This document shows positions 1 through 8,717 of a DNA stretch of 64,000 nt, piece after piece. A program made the translations under genes and the position numbers. Origin of the DNA: a virus (taxonomy: Duplodnaviria; Heunggongvirae; Uroviricota; Caudoviricetes); IMG/VR virus record IMGVR_UViG_3300032038_000014, positions 1 through 64,000 of that record. One strand, written 5' to 3'. How positions within the stretch are numbered: the stretch's first letter is position 1; every line of letters starts with the position of its first letter. The notes under the pieces are model-generated. The model did not search any database. It saw only the letters and a program-made list of their open reading frames with translations, and was not told where the DNA came from.

Positions 1-521
1 CCAATATGTAAATTACCCGCATAACTTAATTGTTTAATCCAAGTTTGATTTGAATTATATACATGTAAACGACGATTAATACTGCCAGAATTAGTTGGTC
101 CAACTGTTCCAGTATAATATATATCTTGACCAGGAGACACAGGAATAAAATCTCCTAATTTATCATTTGCATTACTTGAATTAGTACCATTTGAACTAAT
201 ATAAAAACCAGGAGTATATGAGTTAGCATCTATTAAGTTACTTGTTCTAATTTGACTTGAAATATGCGGCATTTCTTTAATTTCAAGACTAAGGGCATTT
301 AATTGTTTTGCATTTATAATATCTAAATCTGAATTATACCAATCAGTAATATTTATAGTTACATTTGGATTTAAATTATCTATTACTTGTTTATCTGTTG
401 CCGACATTAAACCATTAGTTGATGTAGTAGCTAATGGTAATGTTTCAATCAATAATCTTGCTTCTGCATCTTTAAAATTATAAACTGTTCCGTTTAAACG
501 TACTTTTGAAAGGTCAGCCAT
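1..521 (-). CDS. Tail-fiber-like structural protein, partial (C-terminus lies beyond the window start)
   Basis: Minus-strand ATG at 519-521 preceded by AAGGAGG. The frame stays open to position 1. The N-terminus MADLSKVRLNGTVYNFKDAEAR shares the S-K-V-x-x-G-T-x-Y-x-x-K-D-A motif with the 872..2149 product. The remainder is Asn/Ser/Thr/Gly-rich. Confidence 0.5.
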   Translation of the reverse strand, partial: MADLSKVRLNGTVYNFKDAEARLLIETLPLATTSTNGLMSATDKQVIDNLNPNVTINITDWYNSDLDIINAKQLNALSLEIKEMPHISSQIRTSNLIDANSYTPGFYISSNGTNSSNANDKLGDFIPVSPGQDIYYTGTVGPTNSGSINRRLHVYNSNQTWIKQLSYAGNLHI

Positions 522-523
522 AT

Positions 524-751
524 TTAACAACCTCCTTTCGTATTAATTACTAAAGTATCACCTTCAATATCAAAATCATTATTATTAATAAATTTTAAAT
601 CATTTAATTTTGTAATTCCATCTCCTATTTTCATTCCAATAGGAATAAAATCAGTATAAATAATAATTTCATTTTTAGAAGGGATAAAATTTTTTGCTTT
701 ACTCCAATTTTCAGAAGTATCGCTTTTCATACATACAAATTCTTTTTCCAT
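524..751 (-). CDS. Hypothetical small protein (75 aa), possibly a fiber-associated or assembly protein
   Basis: ORF tightly packed between two fiber-like genes; there is no recognisable motif. Confidence 0.35.
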   Translation of the reverse strand: MEKEFVCMKSDTSENWSKAKNFIPSKNEIIIYTDFIPIGMKIGDGITKLNDLKFINNNDFDIEGDTLVINTKGGC

Positions 752-871
752 ATACTCTCCTTTAACACAAAAAATCGGGTAGAGGATATAGTATCCCCTA
801 CCCGAGTAAAATTATATCCCTTATCCTTTTCAAAGTTATATAATGAAATTAACCTTTATCATTTCAAAAGA

Positions 872-2149
872 TTAAGCATTAACTCCAAATGTAACATTTG
901 CAGTTTTTTCAGAACTTGTAAAGTCTGGAGTAATTGTTTCAGAAGCTACTGTTACAGCTCCATCTGTACCTGCTGCAGATTGAGTAGTTGCAACAGTTGG
1001 AGTAACAGATTTAGAAGTTCCATTGAAAGAAGCTGTAAATGTAGGTTGAGTCATTACAGCCTCAGAAGACGTATAAGTTGGAGTAGCAGAAAGAATTACT
1101 CCATCTCCAGAAAATGATCCAGTAGCTGATGCACTTGTAATGCCAGTAACAACATTTTCAGTTCCAAAAGTAGGAAGTGAACCAGATAATTGTGGATCAA
1201 CATAAGTAACAGCACCTGAAGCAGTTACAGCACTACTTGTTGTAGCATTAGTTAAAATTAATGTTTCTGCATCTTCTCCGGTTCCCACAGAAGCAACCAT
1301 TCCTTCAATTGCAAATGTATCAGTTGTATCTGCGGCTTGAGTACAACTACCAGCTGTAAGTTGATAAGCTGTACCAGCATTAGTAACTGTAGCTACATTT
1401 CCAGTAGATGGAGTTACAGAAACATTAGTAATAGTTACTGAACCTGTCGGAGTATAATTTGGTGTATCTGCACCAGCTGCAGCAGATGCAACGGTTACAC
1501 CTGTTGTTTTATCATAGCTTGCGGCCGCAGCTGTACCGGCCGTTAAGTCTACACTGCCCGCAGGAGTAACATCAAGAGCATCATATGTAGCTGGAACTGA
1601 AACAGGAGTAGAACTAACGTTATAAGTTCCTGCTTTACCAGTTGAAAAACTATCAATAGAATCTACTGTTGTAATTGCAACAGAGCCATTATCTTTATAA
1701 GCAAGTGCTTTTAATCCCAGTGCTGTTTGTAATTCAGCAACGGTAATATTATCTTGCATATCTACGCCAGCAATAGTGAAAGTCTTTAATACATATGCAC
1801 CTTCAGAACCAACTTCTCTCCAAGCTGTTCCATCAAATAACCATTCTGATCCATCGTCTTCAACAACAAAATCACCAGCTGCTGGAGATTCAATATCAGT
1901 ATGATCAGTTTCAGATCTTAAATTTAAAATATCACCAACCGCACCAATTTGACGGTTAACAAAATCATAAACCTGATCAGAAGTAACTAAACCTTCATTA
2001 CCATCAGCGATAGCATTAGCAACACTATAAGTTACTGAATCACCAAAAGTATCTAAAATTGCGCGTACATCAGCATCTTTTAAATAATAAGTTGTATTGC
2101 CAATTTTTACTTTAGAAAGTACTGGTGAATGAGTATAGGTTTGTGCCAT
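872..2149 (-). CDS. Putative tail fiber or receptor-binding protein (425 aa)
   Basis: N-terminal SKVKIGNTTYYLKDADVRA motif is paralogous to the 1..521 product. It has a long Thr/Ala/Ser/Gly/Val-rich beta-rich C-terminal region typical of fibers. Confidence 0.5.
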   Translation of the reverse strand: MAQTYTHSPVLSKVKIGNTTYYLKDADVRAILDTFGDSVTYSVANAIADGNEGLVTSDQVYDFVNRQIGAVGDILNLRSETDHTDIESPAAGDFVVEDDGSEWLFDGTAWREVGSEGAYVLKTFTIAGVDMQDNITVAELQTALGLKALAYKDNGSVAITTVDSIDSFSTGKAGTYNVSSTPVSVPATYDALDVTPAGSVDLTAGTAAAASYDKTTGVTVASAAAGADTPNYTPTGSVTITNVSVTPSTGNVATVTNAGTAYQLTAGSCTQAADTTDTFAIEGMVASVGTGEDAETLILTNATTSSAVTASGAVTYVDPQLSGSLPTFGTENVVTGITSASATGSFSGDGVILSATPTYTSSEAVMTQPTFTASFNGTSKSVTPTVATTQSAAGTDGAVTVASETITPDFTSSEKTANVTFGVNA

Positions 2150-2165
2150 CTTTTTATTTCCTCCT

Positions 2166-2687
2166 TTATAAAGTAAAAACTAATAACTCATTTTCTTCAT
2201 CAACATTTGTTTTAAATCTTACAGTTAATTCATCTGTAATACTTTTTTGAGTCATAGTTCCATCTATATTTTGCCCCATAGTATTATATAATTTCATGGT
2301 TCCTGCAAGATCTGCAGAAGCAGTTGTTAAGGTTGCATCTATTGGAATATACTCTGTTCCATTAAAATAAAAAATTTTACTATGGGGTTTATCAATATAA
2401 ATCTTATTTATCATTTTTTGAAATGGAGTTTGTAAAGTAATATCTTTATAAAAATTTCCTTCACTATAATATCCTTGCTGAACAGCATTACGAATATCTT
2501 CATCAGTAAAGGGTAATTCTGCATATGTATTTACACCATTTCCAACCTTTGCTCGTAAACCATTTTTAGCTGTATCTACTAATACTACTTCTCCACTTGC
2601 GGGAACAAAACTATCTTTTATGGCTTCATAATTATAATCATTATCTCGTCGAAGCCTAATTACTGCATCAATAGAGTTTTTTTTCAT
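2166..2687 (-). CDS. Hypothetical structural-module protein (173 aa)
   Basis: ORF translationally coupled (4 nt overlap) with the upstream 132 aa ORF. Confidence 0.45.
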   Translation of the reverse strand: MKKNSIDAVIRLRRDNDYNYEAIKDSFVPASGEVVLVDTAKNGLRAKVGNGVNTYAELPFTDEDIRNAVQQGYYSEGNFYKDITLQTPFQKMINKIYIDKPHSKIFYFNGTEYIPIDATLTTASADLAGTMKLYNTMGQNIDGTMTQKSITDELTVRFKTNVDEENELLVFTL

Positions 2688-3082
2688 ACGCCATTTGTTC
2701 CTCCAATAAGACTTGAAGCTGATCCACCATAAATTTCATCTATAGCTGCATCTAAATCGGCTTCAGTAATAATTGTTCCTAGTTTTTCTGCTAGAGTTTC
2801 TGCAAGTTGTGGAATAGTATTGTTAATAATTTCAATAATTTCTTCTTGTGAAATATTTTGTTGTATAACAGTTTCATTAATTACTATATTTGCAGGATTT
2901 TGATCTACTAGAGATTGTGGATACTCTTCATATGAACCTATTTGAACTGGATAATGTATTGGAACAAGAGGATCCGGCCAATAATCAAGTAATACACAAG
3001 TATCAGTATTATAGTGCGAACGATCTTCGCTCGCACAGATATAGTTTTCCATCGCTCGCGACATAATAAGAACTCCTTTCAA
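2684..3082 (-). CDS. Hypothetical protein (132 aa)
   Basis: ORF with an acidic, Ile/Glu-rich sequence; no motif recognised. Confidence 0.45.
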   Translation of the reverse strand: MKGVLIMSRAMENYICASEDRSHYNTDTCVLLDYWPDPLVPIHYPVQIGSYEEYPQSLVDQNPANIVINETVIQQNISQEEIIEIINNTIPQLAETLAEKLGTIITEADLDAAIDEIYGGSASSLIGGTNGV

Positions 3083-3160
3083 ATATTTTCATTTATATTT
3101 AAAAATATAATAATATCGTTTAAATGAAATTACCCATAACTTGGGTAATATTAAATAATC

Positions 3161-3204
3161 AGATAAAAAAGTAAAGGGGACACTCAAAAAATTGAGTGTC
3201 CCCT
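3161..3204 (-). terminator. Intrinsic terminator or attenuator hairpin inside the minus-strand operon
   Basis: GGGGACACTCAA/TTGAGTGTCCCC perfect 12 bp stem at 3177-3204, followed on the minus strand by a T-run (complement of agataaaaaagtaaa). Confidence 0.5.
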
Positions 3205-3214
3205 ATTTATTATT

Positions 3215-3400
3215 TTATAAAGTCACTTCGACCCATTCTTTTTCGCCATTAAGCATATAAGTCTTACTATTCTCAATAACAAATGCAGTACTTCCAGCAG
3301 CTGCAACAGTTGCTAAATCTTCTACATCACTATCAGTATCACAAATATACTCAATAATTCCATAAGCTTTCTTACCATTTTCAGCAAGGATATTTACCAT
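3215..3400 (-). CDS. Hypothetical small protein (61 aa)
   Basis: Small ORF lying between the lysis and fiber genes, as in the xkdX-like slot of Firmicutes phages. Confidence 0.4.
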   Translation of the reverse strand: MVNILAENGKKAYGIIEYICDTDSDVEDLATVAAAGSTAFVIENSKTYMLNGEKEWVEVTL

Positions 3401-3417
3401 AATTTATCCTCCTATTT

Positions 3418-3867
3418 TTATTTTTCTTTTGGACGAAATACATAAACATATTGTTTTCCATTTTTATTTAAACGAGTTTTTAAACTATTAGTTGTTTTTG
3501 GATAATAAGAATCATGAGAAGCCTCTTTAACTTTTCCATTAGAATAACAAATAAAAATATGTCCATGATTACCAGATACATCTTTTTTATAAAATCCTAT
3601 ATCTCCAGGTTGAGCCTTTTCAATAGGAATTTTATCAAAATGTTCTTCCATATACTTTAATTGTTTCCATAATCCACTTGGATAATTCTTATCGACTCCA
3701 GAAGAAACAATAACTGTCCATACAAAAACATCACAATTAGCACCATCTTTAGCTGCTTGACACCATTTATGCTGTGATGTAGGAAGTGCGGCCAGGGCTT
3801 CTTTATAGCTGCTAGTAGGCTTCCCATTAGGATATTGTGCTTCTTTAGAATTAGTGGCGTATGCCAA
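3418..3867 (-). CDS. CHAP/NlpC-P60-like cysteine peptidase (149 aa)
   Basis: Candidate Cys nucleophile in GANCDVFVWTV and His in GNHGHIFICYSNG, the typical C...H spacing of CHAP amidases/peptidases. Confidence 0.5.
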   Translation of the reverse strand: MAYATNSKEAQYPNGKPTSSYKEALAALPTSQHKWCQAAKDGANCDVFVWTVIVSSGVDKNYPSGLWKQLKYMEEHFDKIPIEKAQPGDIGFYKKDVSGNHGHIFICYSNGKVKEASHDSYYPKTTNSLKTRLNKNGKQYVYVFRPKEK

Positions 3868-3905
3868 TTCATTAGCTTTAGCAGCTATACGTTCTCGTTT
3901 AGAAA

Positions 3906-6590
3906 TTACTTTTTTTTTACTACTTTTTGTGCAGCGACAATTGTTTTAGGTCCAACGATTCCATCGCCTTCACCTTTACCAATTACTTCCTCTTGGAATT
4001 TCTTTGTCCATTTAAGAGTATTATCTCCAAATAAACCATCATATGGTTTACCAAGTTTTCCATCATAGTACCAATCAAGAAACTCTTGCCAATAAGCAAC
4101 ACGCTCTCCCGCTTCACCATGGCGCATTAAAATATCTGCATTAACAGAACTATTATATCTATGAACCCTTGGGAAGTTAGCATAATTAGAATCAGATAAA
4201 GTTTTTACTCTAATAGAATTATTCCATCCACTAGAATTTCTCTTATTATCATCTCCACCGCTAGCTTCAGCAATCTTACCTCCACCGATATAAAGAGCAA
4301 CATGTCCATCTCTACAAAGAACATCTCCAGCCTTAAGATTGGATTTAATTGGATGTCCTAAATTATCAAATAAGGAAGAAGTATCATATCCATGTCCTTT
4401 GTTGAAATCCCAAGAACTGCAATCTCTACATAAAGAAATAGCTTTTGGTACGCAGCCACCATGAGCCCAGGCCGCTCCTACAAATGGGTTACAGCAATAT
4501 GTAAAGTCTGGATCTAATATAGCCGGAGTACGATTCTTCTTCAATTTCTGTGTACCACAGAAATAACAACCATTATGATGTGCATGAGTGCCATATCCAT
4601 AATGAAAACGATTATCACTAGCAATCCATTTTGCCCATTTGATAGTATCAGCTATAACTTGTGAGTTAGATTTAACTACTCTATAAGAAGGTAATTTACC
4701 TGGATAATTTCCAGTAGTAGCTACTTCAAATTTTGTAGTAGAAAGAAGTTCGTTTACTTTCTTTTGTACAGCATCATAATCATAACCAGCTGCTTGTAAA
4801 TTCTTCTTTCTAGTATCTCCTGAACCCCATTTTCCATCAAGAACCTCTTTAGCAAGAGTTTCAATAGATTTAGTTGCTATCGGTGTAGCAGGTTTAAGGA
4901 GCTCATTGACTTTATTCTGAACTGCTTGATAGTCATATCCAGCAGCAGTAAGGTTTTGCTTGCGGGCATCGCCTGATCCCCACTTACCATCGAGGACTTC
5001 TTGCGCCAATTGATCAACTGTCTTTTTAGGCGTAAGAAGTTCATTTACTTTATCTTGAACTGCTTGGTAATTATAACCCGCAGCTTCTAATTTCTTTTTA
5101 CGGGTGTCTCCACTACCCCATTTTCCGTCCAAAACTTCTTTTGCAAGTTCTTCCACGGTCTTTTTAGGAGTAATATAACCAGATGAACTAGAAGAAGAAC
5201 TAGAGCTACTAGGTGAACCAAGAAGTTCATTAACTTTCGCTTGTACTTTATCATAATCATGTCCTGCTTCTTTTAATGCTACTTGTCTTGAACTACCACT
5301 TCCCCATAAACCATCAATAACTTCTTGTGCAAGTTGTTCAATAGTTCTCTTAGGAGGAGTAATTAAACCTTTACCTGTGTAACGGATTAAAATTTTTAAA
5401 CCACTAACATATCGACCTGAAAAACTTCTATCAGATCTAATATCTTCTGCTTTCGTTTTGCCATGAGAAGAATCTGCTACTTTAGAATCAGACATTATAA
5501 TATAAGTATGTTGAAATTTAGTTCCTTCCACAAACATACCAGCCATATCACCTGGTTTTGCTTGTGATTTAGGAATTCCATTCTTATTTCTGATTACTTG
5601 AATATCTTTAATACCAAGACAATTTTGTGCTTTTTTAAGAGCATCAGCATCACTTTTTGCATTAAGAATATATTCCCATTCTTCATTAGCAATTGTTCCA
5701 CAATAACATGTGGTTGGTAATCCTGCATGGTGCCATACTGCAGCAGAAAAACCAATACATTGCCAACCATGGTTGTCTCCTCCATGTGGGTGACAAATAG
5801 CACATTCATGACCATATGGTTCTGTCCAATATATGTACCACCAATTATTATTAGCAGCAATACTAGTTGCCATTGCTCTCATATTTTGAATAATATTTTC
5901 ACGACAACAAAGAAGAGTGTTTACATCACCCTGAACTTGATCAGCGTTATATCCTTCTGCTTTGAGTGCAGCTACTCTCTTATCGCCACTACCATAATAG
6001 CCAGCAATAACATCTCTTGCAATCTGTACTCTTGTTTTTTTCGCCATATTATTTCCTCCATTTAATATCATAGCAACATGATTGTTTTTACCATTAGAAT
6101 GTGCTGTAATAATTGTGTCACCACGCTTTAAAGTCATTCCTTTAGTATAAGATAAACAATCAAAATTGGAGTTATTTTTAAGGGATTTAGCAAGTTCAAG
6201 TGCTGAACCAATATAACAAGTAGATAATCCTGCATATTGATTACATAAACAGATCAAATCTCCACAAGATAAACCGCATTTAGTAGTTATCTTTGATAAA
6301 TCATAATTAACTGCTTTAGCTAATTTTGTCATAGCCTTATCTTTACCATATTCTGTCTCACCAGATTTGGAATAGCCTATATTGTTATTAGCTATTGCTT
6401 TTTCACACATCGTAGCAGCTTTTTCTGCTTTTGTAGAGTCTTTTGGTCTGAATACATAAGTCCAATTATATGGAGAAGTTGCAGAATCTACATATTTAAA
6501 AGTGGCGCATGACACTTCTTTTCCGTTGCCATCTCCAGCTTTTTTATCTAAATTTGAAGAAGCTTGTCCAATTGTTATTGTATCAGCCAT
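3906..6590 (-). CDS. Multi-domain cell-wall hydrolase (894 aa): N-terminal Cys/His peptidase-like domain, five CW_7 repeats, poly-Ser linker, second Cys/His peptidase-like domain, C-terminal PG_binding_1
   Basis: Five copies of the Cpl-7-type CW_7 motif. One is at residues ~186-227 and four are tandem at ~412-618 (consensus L-A-x-E-V-L-D-G-K-W-G-S-G-D-x-R-K-x-x-L-x-A-A-G-Y-D-Y-x-A-V-Q-x-K-V-N-E-L-L). S12 linker. Cys/His motifs: KCGLSCGDLIC...HVAMIL and NGCYFCGT...GHVALYIG. C-terminus YWQEFLDWYYDGKLGKPYDGLFGDNTLKWTKKFQ matches the PG_binding_1 pattern. Own RBS with ATG at 6590. Confidence 0.75.
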   Translation of the reverse strand: MADTITIGQASSNLDKKAGDGNGKEVSCATFKYVDSATSPYNWTYVFRPKDSTKAEKAATMCEKAIANNNIGYSKSGETEYGKDKAMTKLAKAVNYDLSKITTKCGLSCGDLICLCNQYAGLSTCYIGSALELAKSLKNNSNFDCLSYTKGMTLKRGDTIITAHSNGKNNHVAMILNGGNNMAKKTRVQIARDVIAGYYGSGDKRVAALKAEGYNADQVQGDVNTLLCCRENIIQNMRAMATSIAANNNWWYIYWTEPYGHECAICHPHGGDNHGWQCIGFSAAVWHHAGLPTTCYCGTIANEEWEYILNAKSDADALKKAQNCLGIKDIQVIRNKNGIPKSQAKPGDMAGMFVEGTKFQHTYIIMSDSKVADSSHGKTKAEDIRSDRSFSGRYVSGLKILIRYTGKGLITPPKRTIEQLAQEVIDGLWGSGSSRQVALKEAGHDYDKVQAKVNELLGSPSSSSSSSSSSGYITPKKTVEELAKEVLDGKWGSGDTRKKKLEAAGYNYQAVQDKVNELLTPKKTVDQLAQEVLDGKWGSGDARKQNLTAAGYDYQAVQNKVNELLKPATPIATKSIETLAKEVLDGKWGSGDTRKKNLQAAGYDYDAVQKKVNELLSTTKFEVATTGNYPGKLPSYRVVKSNSQVIADTIKWAKWIASDNRFHYGYGTHAHHNGCYFCGTQKLKKNRTPAILDPDFTYCCNPFVGAAWAHGGCVPKAISLCRDCSSWDFNKGHGYDTSSLFDNLGHPIKSNLKAGDVLCRDGHVALYIGGGKIAEASGGDDNKRNSSGWNNSIRVKTLSDSNYANFPRVHRYNSSVNADILMRHGEAGERVAYWQEFLDWYYDGKLGKPYDGLFGDNTLKWTKKFQEEVIGKGEGDGIVGPKTIVAAQKVVKKK
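4739..5357. repeat. Tandem ~135 bp coding repeats (four CW_7 units) plus a poly-Ser-encoding tract at ~5180-5216
   Basis: Repeated DNA segments encode GKWGSGDxRKxxLxAAGYDYQAVQxKVNELL. A fifth, diverged unit lies at ~5912-6035. Confidence 0.6.
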
Positions 6591-6610
6591 ATTTTTCCCT
6601 TTCTACTTAA

Positions 6611-6650
6611 TTAAAAAAGGGAGAAAGACTTAAAATAGTCTTTCTCCCCC
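6611..6650 (-). terminator. Rho-independent terminator downstream of the endolysin gene
   Basis: GGGAGAAAGACT ... AGTCTTTCTCCC stem at 6619-6648, followed on the minus strand by TTTTTTAA. Confidence 0.6.
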
Positions 6651-6658
6651 AATATGAA

Positions 6659-8299
6659 TTATCTAGAATACCAATAATCTAAATCAATTCGATTTCCAAT
6701 ACCAGGCACACTACCTTCTGAAGTATATTGCCACATATCATAAGCACCTTTGTATTCACACTTACTATAGTATTGAGCAACCCACTTACTGTGAGAAGCA
6801 GTAATGTTACCAATTTTATTATTAAACCAACTTAAACTAGCATATACTCCAGCTTTATAACCAGCTGCGTTTACTAAATTACAGAATTTATTACAAATAT
6901 TTGCTAATGTAGTTTTAGAAAGTTTACTTTGATATGTTGGATCTTCTACATCAAGATAAACTGGCATGTCACATTGTTTACCTTTAATATGTTCTAATGT
7001 GAATTCAGCTTCTTTCTGAGCCATTGATTCAGTTGTAGCTGTAGAGTAGAAGTAATAACCAATCTTTAATCCAGCAGCTTTTGCATTAGCATAATTATTT
7101 TCAAAACATTTATCAATAGTTGGCTTTCTAGATTCACTTCCAGTAAATCCAACTCTTAAAATAGCAAAATTAATACCATTTGCTTTAGCCTTTTGAAAAT
7201 CAGCAATACTACAATTACCTTGCCATGCTGAAATATCCATACCTTTAATACGAGTTGCACTAGCTTGTTTTATATCTCCAATACTAGTATTTTTTGGAAG
7301 AGTTGGATTAGCATTAAGCCATTTTTGCATAGCTTTAGAAGTATTTGGACCCCAAATACCATCTGGACCAGATAATCCCAGGAATTTTTGTAATGCTTTA
7401 ATTGTATTTGGACCAAGTTGTCCATCTGGACCACTTAAATTCAAATATTGCTGTAAAGCTTTAACTAAATAAGAGCCATTTACTCCATATTTAATACTAC
7501 CACTTCCAAATCCTCTATGATATGTTTTAAGTTTAGCTAATTGACCAGTGATTTTTCCATCAACAGTAGTTCCAAAAAGTTTTTGCATTTTTTTAATACT
7601 TTTTGGTCCAAAAACACCATCAACCACTAAGTTTGCTGAAGTATTTGCAGTTGAAACATTAGTTTGTTGAACTGGAGCAGGAGTAGAATCCTTAACCACA
7701 TTAATTTTCTCAACAATCCACATTTGATATACAAGACCTCTCATAGAGTTCTCATAACTATAATATCCATGTGTAGCAGAATCATTATCTCTTCCACCTG
7801 AATCTTTAGTATAAAACCAATGCTTTCCATCTTTTACATAGTAGTCAGTAAATGCTACATAATGACCACCAGCAGTCCAAACCATTCCATTTGGAGCTTT
7901 TCCACCAAGAAAAAGAATAACCCCTATACGATTTCCTTTATTTAACTCGGTCCAAGCTTTACTCATTGGATCAGCAGTTCCTATATGTACTACCTTATAT
8001 CCATAATGCTGTAAAGTTTTAGGAATGCCGCTCCATGTAGTTCCTTGATTTGCAACTGCAAATCCTTGATTAACCATCCATTGACGTACTGGTTCTGGGG
8101 TTAAATCCTTATATTGTTCTTGCTCTATGATAAGGTGTGTACATGCAACGCATCCACAACCATTACCACTGAAGGAAGACTTCTTAGTAGGATAAGGCTT
8201 AGAACCCCAACGAGAATCATATTGTTTGTATAAGTTCTTGTTCATTCCTTTCTTCCTCCTCTGCCTCAAGATTACCCATATCTTCATCAACTGTATCAT
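6659..8299 (-). CDS. Endolysin: GH25 muramidase C-terminal domain, PG_binding_1 repeats, and an N-terminal Cys-containing peptidase-like domain (546 aa)
   Basis: GH25 hallmarks IKGMDISAWQG...GINFAILRVG...AGLKIGYYFY...YLDVEDP. PG_binding_1-like segments VDGVFGPKSIKKMQKLFG and LSGPDGQLGPNTIKALQKFLGLSGPDGIWGPNTSKAMQKWL. N-terminal GNGCGCVACTH. The upstream holin ORF overlaps it. Confidence 0.8.
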   Translation of the reverse strand: MIQLMKIWVILRQRRKKGMNKNLYKQYDSRWGSKPYPTKKSSFSGNGCGCVACTHLIIEQEQYKDLTPEPVRQWMVNQGFAVANQGTTWSGIPKTLQHYGYKVVHIGTADPMSKAWTELNKGNRIGVILFLGGKAPNGMVWTAGGHYVAFTDYYVKDGKHWFYTKDSGGRDNDSATHGYYSYENSMRGLVYQMWIVEKINVVKDSTPAPVQQTNVSTANTSANLVVDGVFGPKSIKKMQKLFGTTVDGKITGQLAKLKTYHRGFGSGSIKYGVNGSYLVKALQQYLNLSGPDGQLGPNTIKALQKFLGLSGPDGIWGPNTSKAMQKWLNANPTLPKNTSIGDIKQASATRIKGMDISAWQGNCSIADFQKAKANGINFAILRVGFTGSESRKPTIDKCFENNYANAKAAGLKIGYYFYSTATTESMAQKEAEFTLEHIKGKQCDMPVYLDVEDPTYQSKLSKTTLANICNKFCNLVNAAGYKAGVYASLSWFNNKIGNITASHSKWVAQYYSKCEYKGAYDMWQYTSEGSVPGIGNRIDLDYWYSR

Positions 8300-8579
8300 C
8301 GTAACCTTCTTCAGTATAGAATTTATCTCCGATATAACCTTCTTTCTTTTCGGCCTTGAGTTGACGAGTCACTCCAGTACCTATAGCAGCCTCTGGTGAG
8401 TAGTCATTATTATAATAAGTGTTGATACCTACTATGATAGCATTAACGACAACAGACACTACTTTATACCAGAAAGTTAAAGTGTCATTCCCGAACTGTG
8501 CAACATCTGTAACAGCAAGTACAGTGTTTATAGTTACTAAAATACCTAATACAGTTCTTAATTTTGTGCCATAATTCAT
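8217..8579 (-). CDS. Holin (120 aa, two predicted transmembrane helices and a highly acidic C-terminus)
   Basis: Hydrophobic segments LRTVLGILVTINTVLAV and YKVVSVVVNAIIVGINTYY, a charged tail EEEERNEQE, and it overlaps the start of the endolysin. Confidence 0.6.
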   Translation of the reverse strand: MNYGTKLRTVLGILVTINTVLAVTDVAQFGNDTLTFWYKVVSVVVNAIIVGINTYYNNDYSPEAAIGTGVTRQLKAEKKEGYIGDKFYTEEGYDDTVDEDMGNLEAEEEERNEQELIQTI

Positions 8580-8654
8580 ATCAGTACCTCCTTTTGATAT
8601 TCCTATATATAAATGAAAAATTAAGATTTTTAGCTAATGACATTTGTCCGATAT

Positions 8655-8683
8655 TTGATTTTTTATAAATATTATCATATAAT
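8655..8683 (+). promoter_or_regulatory. Sigma70-like promoter for the plus-strand accessory operon
   Basis: TTGATT at 8655-8660, 17 bp spacer, TATAAT at 8678-8683. It lies in a divergent intergenic region upstream of an AGGAGG RBS. Confidence 0.45.
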
Positions 8684-8717
8684 TATTATATAATAAAAAT
8701 ATAAGGAGGTTTTTCAA

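Noticed and set aside
3657-3872. 71-aa ORF on the minus strand overlapping the CHAP-like gene
   Set aside because: It lies entirely within a better-supported ORF in another frame, has no RBS and a low-complexity sequence. It is probably a six-frame artefact.
5594-6065. ORFs 5594..5860 (-) and 5727..6065 (+) inside the 894-aa hydrolase gene
   Set aside because: They are antisense or shadow ORFs within a gene that has clear domain content; hydrophobic junk translation is typical of AT-rich DNA.
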